DNA of 32,000 nucleotides from Candidatus Saccharimonadota bacterium (GTDB lineage Bacteria; Patescibacteriota; Gracilibacteria; BD1-5; UBA2023): NCBI GenBank assembly GCA_046350815.1, contig JAXLZO010000001.1, positions 840,001 to 872,000 of the forward strand, read 5' to 3'. Shown piece by piece: positions 29,826 to 32,000 of this stretch (position 1 is its first letter; each line of letters starts with the position of its first letter). The notes under the pieces were generated by a model. It saw only the letters and a program-made list of their open reading frames with translations, ran no database searches and was not told where the DNA came from. The position numbers and the translations under genes were made by a program.

Positions 29826-31325
29826 ATGGTTCAACGACGCAGATGAGATGCCCGTGGGTATTCGTACACAAATGACACTTCGTCTGGAGTTTTATTTTTC
29901 CTCGGTGACCCTCGAGTGAAACTATTAGGTATTTTTTTCGCGACCATCCTTGTGCTCTTTGGGATATATCGCTTTTTTTTCGCGTCAAGTGATGATGGCT
30001 CAATTATACAATCTTCATCACCCATTGTTGCTCTCAAAAGTGCAACGGGATCAGCAACTATTATTGATGCAAAAGGTGGAGTTCGTGATATAAATCAATC
30101 TGCAACACCTTTTCTTTCACAAGATGGTATTCTCAAGGTTTCCCAATGACTTGTGACGCTCAGTGGTACTGGTGTAAAAATTATTCTTGATCGATCATCT
30201 GAAATTGACTACCAAAGAAATGATGACACAAAAATAAATCAGTTCGATCTCAAGAGTGGAAATGCATGGGTTGAGCTATCTACCATACGATCCGAAGTTT
30301 TTGCACTCAAGAATTTTCAGATTATGAGTAGTGCTGACGATAGTGTGCTTATGCTCACTCAAAATGGTATATCGAGTACTGTTGCTGTACTGCAGTGAAA
30401 AGTTTCTCTTTCTACAAAAGTTGCATCACTGACAATTTCAGCTGGAGATATGGCAACACTCTTCGCACAGGATAGTGAAAAGCCTGATTTGAGTGATCGG
30501 ATACAACCTATTTCTGATGCGCTCAAATCGAGTAGCTTAGCTCTTTCTCAAGGGATAGATGACTTTATTCAAGCTATTGCCATGAGGTCATGAGTTTCAT
30601 CAGGTACAACTCTTGCTTCTGACAATACTATTGTTTCTCTCGATAATAATTGAGCATCAATTCCATCTTCATCAGGTGCAGTAATTTTTTGAAAATATCT
30701 TGAAATTACTTCTCCAAAAGATGGATCAACAGTGAACAAAAATACAATAGTTGTGACATGAAAAATATATTCAGATAGCATTACGAAAGTACTTATTAAT
30801 GAAAAACAAGCTATTATTGGCAAGGAAGCAACCTTTTCCCTTGCAGATGTACCACTTGGATCACTTCAAAACACGATTCTCTATAAAGCTTTGAATGCTC
30901 AAGGAAAAATTCTCGATAGTGGTTATATTACAGTAAAAAATCCAACTGGAATAGCACCGGTAACAACAACCACACAATCGAATAACTTTCTCCTTGCAAA
31001 TGAGAAGCTCTACTACATAACAGAGCCAAAAGCGAATCCATATCAAACAACAGAAAAACAGGTTACCATACGAGGTGTAGTACCAAAATGAAAGGTAAAA
31101 TCTATACAGGTGAATGGTTATACGCTCAAGCAATTTCTGCCATATTCAACGACTTGGAAATATACAGCATCGAAAGATGGTGGAAATATGGGAAGTGACC
31201 TCAACCTCTATCATATCGTCTACTATGGTATGAACGGTGAGAATCTTGGGTCTACTCTCTATTCTATAGTTCTTGCGGACAATGAAACCTCTCAAACACA
31301 AGTCGCCACTGGATCATCACGTTAA
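29826..31325 (+). CDS. Hypothetical membrane-anchored, Ser/Thr-rich extracytoplasmic protein, 499 aa (start uncertain; GTG 29916 is the alternative)
   Basis: Fragments 29916-30149, 30153-30398, 30891-31091 and 31110-31325 are in one frame. The gap 30399-30890 reads free of TAA/TAG. N-terminal TM LLGIFFATILVLFGIYRFFF. TAA at 31323-31325. Confidence 0.6.
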
Positions 31326-31992
31326 TTCATTTTATTTTCGCTCATCCCAGTGACTTACACTTATCGAGGTAATGGTGGTTATTGTGGTGGTAACAGCTGG
31401 TATTGTATGAGCGTTTGGTGTTCTCTCAAGTGGACAAAAACTCGCTGCAACTACAACTGATCGAGTACAGGCAATCAATTTTGCTCGAGAGGGGGTTGAG
31501 GCAGTTAAGAATATTCGTGACACCAATTATGCTCAATACCCAGCAAATCCAAGTGATTGTTGGATCGTGAAAGACTATGATTGTGGGTGAGTAAAATATG
31601 AAACCGGATCGTATGTGCTTGCTCGCAAAGATTTTTTGATCTGATGAACAAAGATTTGTGATCACTGTTGGTATCTTTCTGGAACAACCACTTCTCCAAA
31701 TCTTGCAACGAAACCAGATAGTTCAGCTTGGAATACCTACGGGTCGACATATGCACTCGAGTTAGATGGAAGTGGGTATACCATAACTTGATCAACATCC
31801 TCATGAAAACCTATATGTCGAAATAGTACCAATACGGGATGTTTAACACAATTTACCAGAGAAATTGCTCTCAAACGAGTCGAGAATGATACTATTGAAT
31901 TTTCATCTTATGTTCGTTGGCGTGATGCAAATGGAACTATTATGACGGTGGAGCTTCCAATGACCCTCAAAAATTGGCGTACGAAATTCTAA
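31282..31992 (+). CDS. Type IV pilin-like protein (prepilin with class III signal), 236 aa
   Basis: Not in the track. ATG 31282 overlaps the upstream gene by 44 nt. Cleavage motif SSQ-G|LTLIEVMVVIVVVTAGIV with Glu at +5; the -1 Gly is TGA 31351-31353. Cys pairs in the C-terminal domain. TAA at 31990-31992. The start codon choice is uncertain. Confidence 0.72.
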
Positions 31993-32000
31993 ATATTTTT

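Noticed and set aside
1-32000. Reading the TGA-split gene fragments as pseudogenes or a decaying genome
   Set aside because: The interruptions are exclusively TGA, never TAA/TAG or frameshifts. They hit essential genes (rpoD, dnaG, obg, gatA) and coincide with conserved Gly positions.

Overview
AT-rich 32-kb bacterial window that only makes sense under translation table 25 (UGA = Gly, as in Gracilibacteria/Absconditabacteria-type CPR bacteria). The supplied standard-code ORF track is broken at TGA. Reading TGA as Gly fuses the fragments into about 30 tightly packed genes, all ending in TAA or TAG. Contents: (i) a minus-strand operon of pilT, a cNMP-binding/GAF-like sensor and an 837-aa TraD/VirD4-like coupling ATPase (138-4706); (ii) a divergent 604-aa protein made of 14 tandem 32-aa repeats that is invisible under the standard code (4846-6660); (iii) housekeeping genes rlmN, dnaG-rpoD, gatA, ung, obg, rpmG and a recO-like gene, plus an ABC exporter and a BaiN/HI0933-type flavoprotein; (iv) an IS200/IS605-type element carrying tnpA only, right after gatA, followed by an orphan ORF and about 480 nt of structured non-coding DNA; (v) a type IV pilus cluster at the 3' end (pilD, two unknowns, a prepilin). 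A promoter- and terminator-bounded unit of about 270 nt, either non-coding or a 40-codon micro-ORF, lies downstream of rpoD. I could not support any rRNA, tRNA or CRISPR array. All calls come from reading the sequence by eye; no searches were run.
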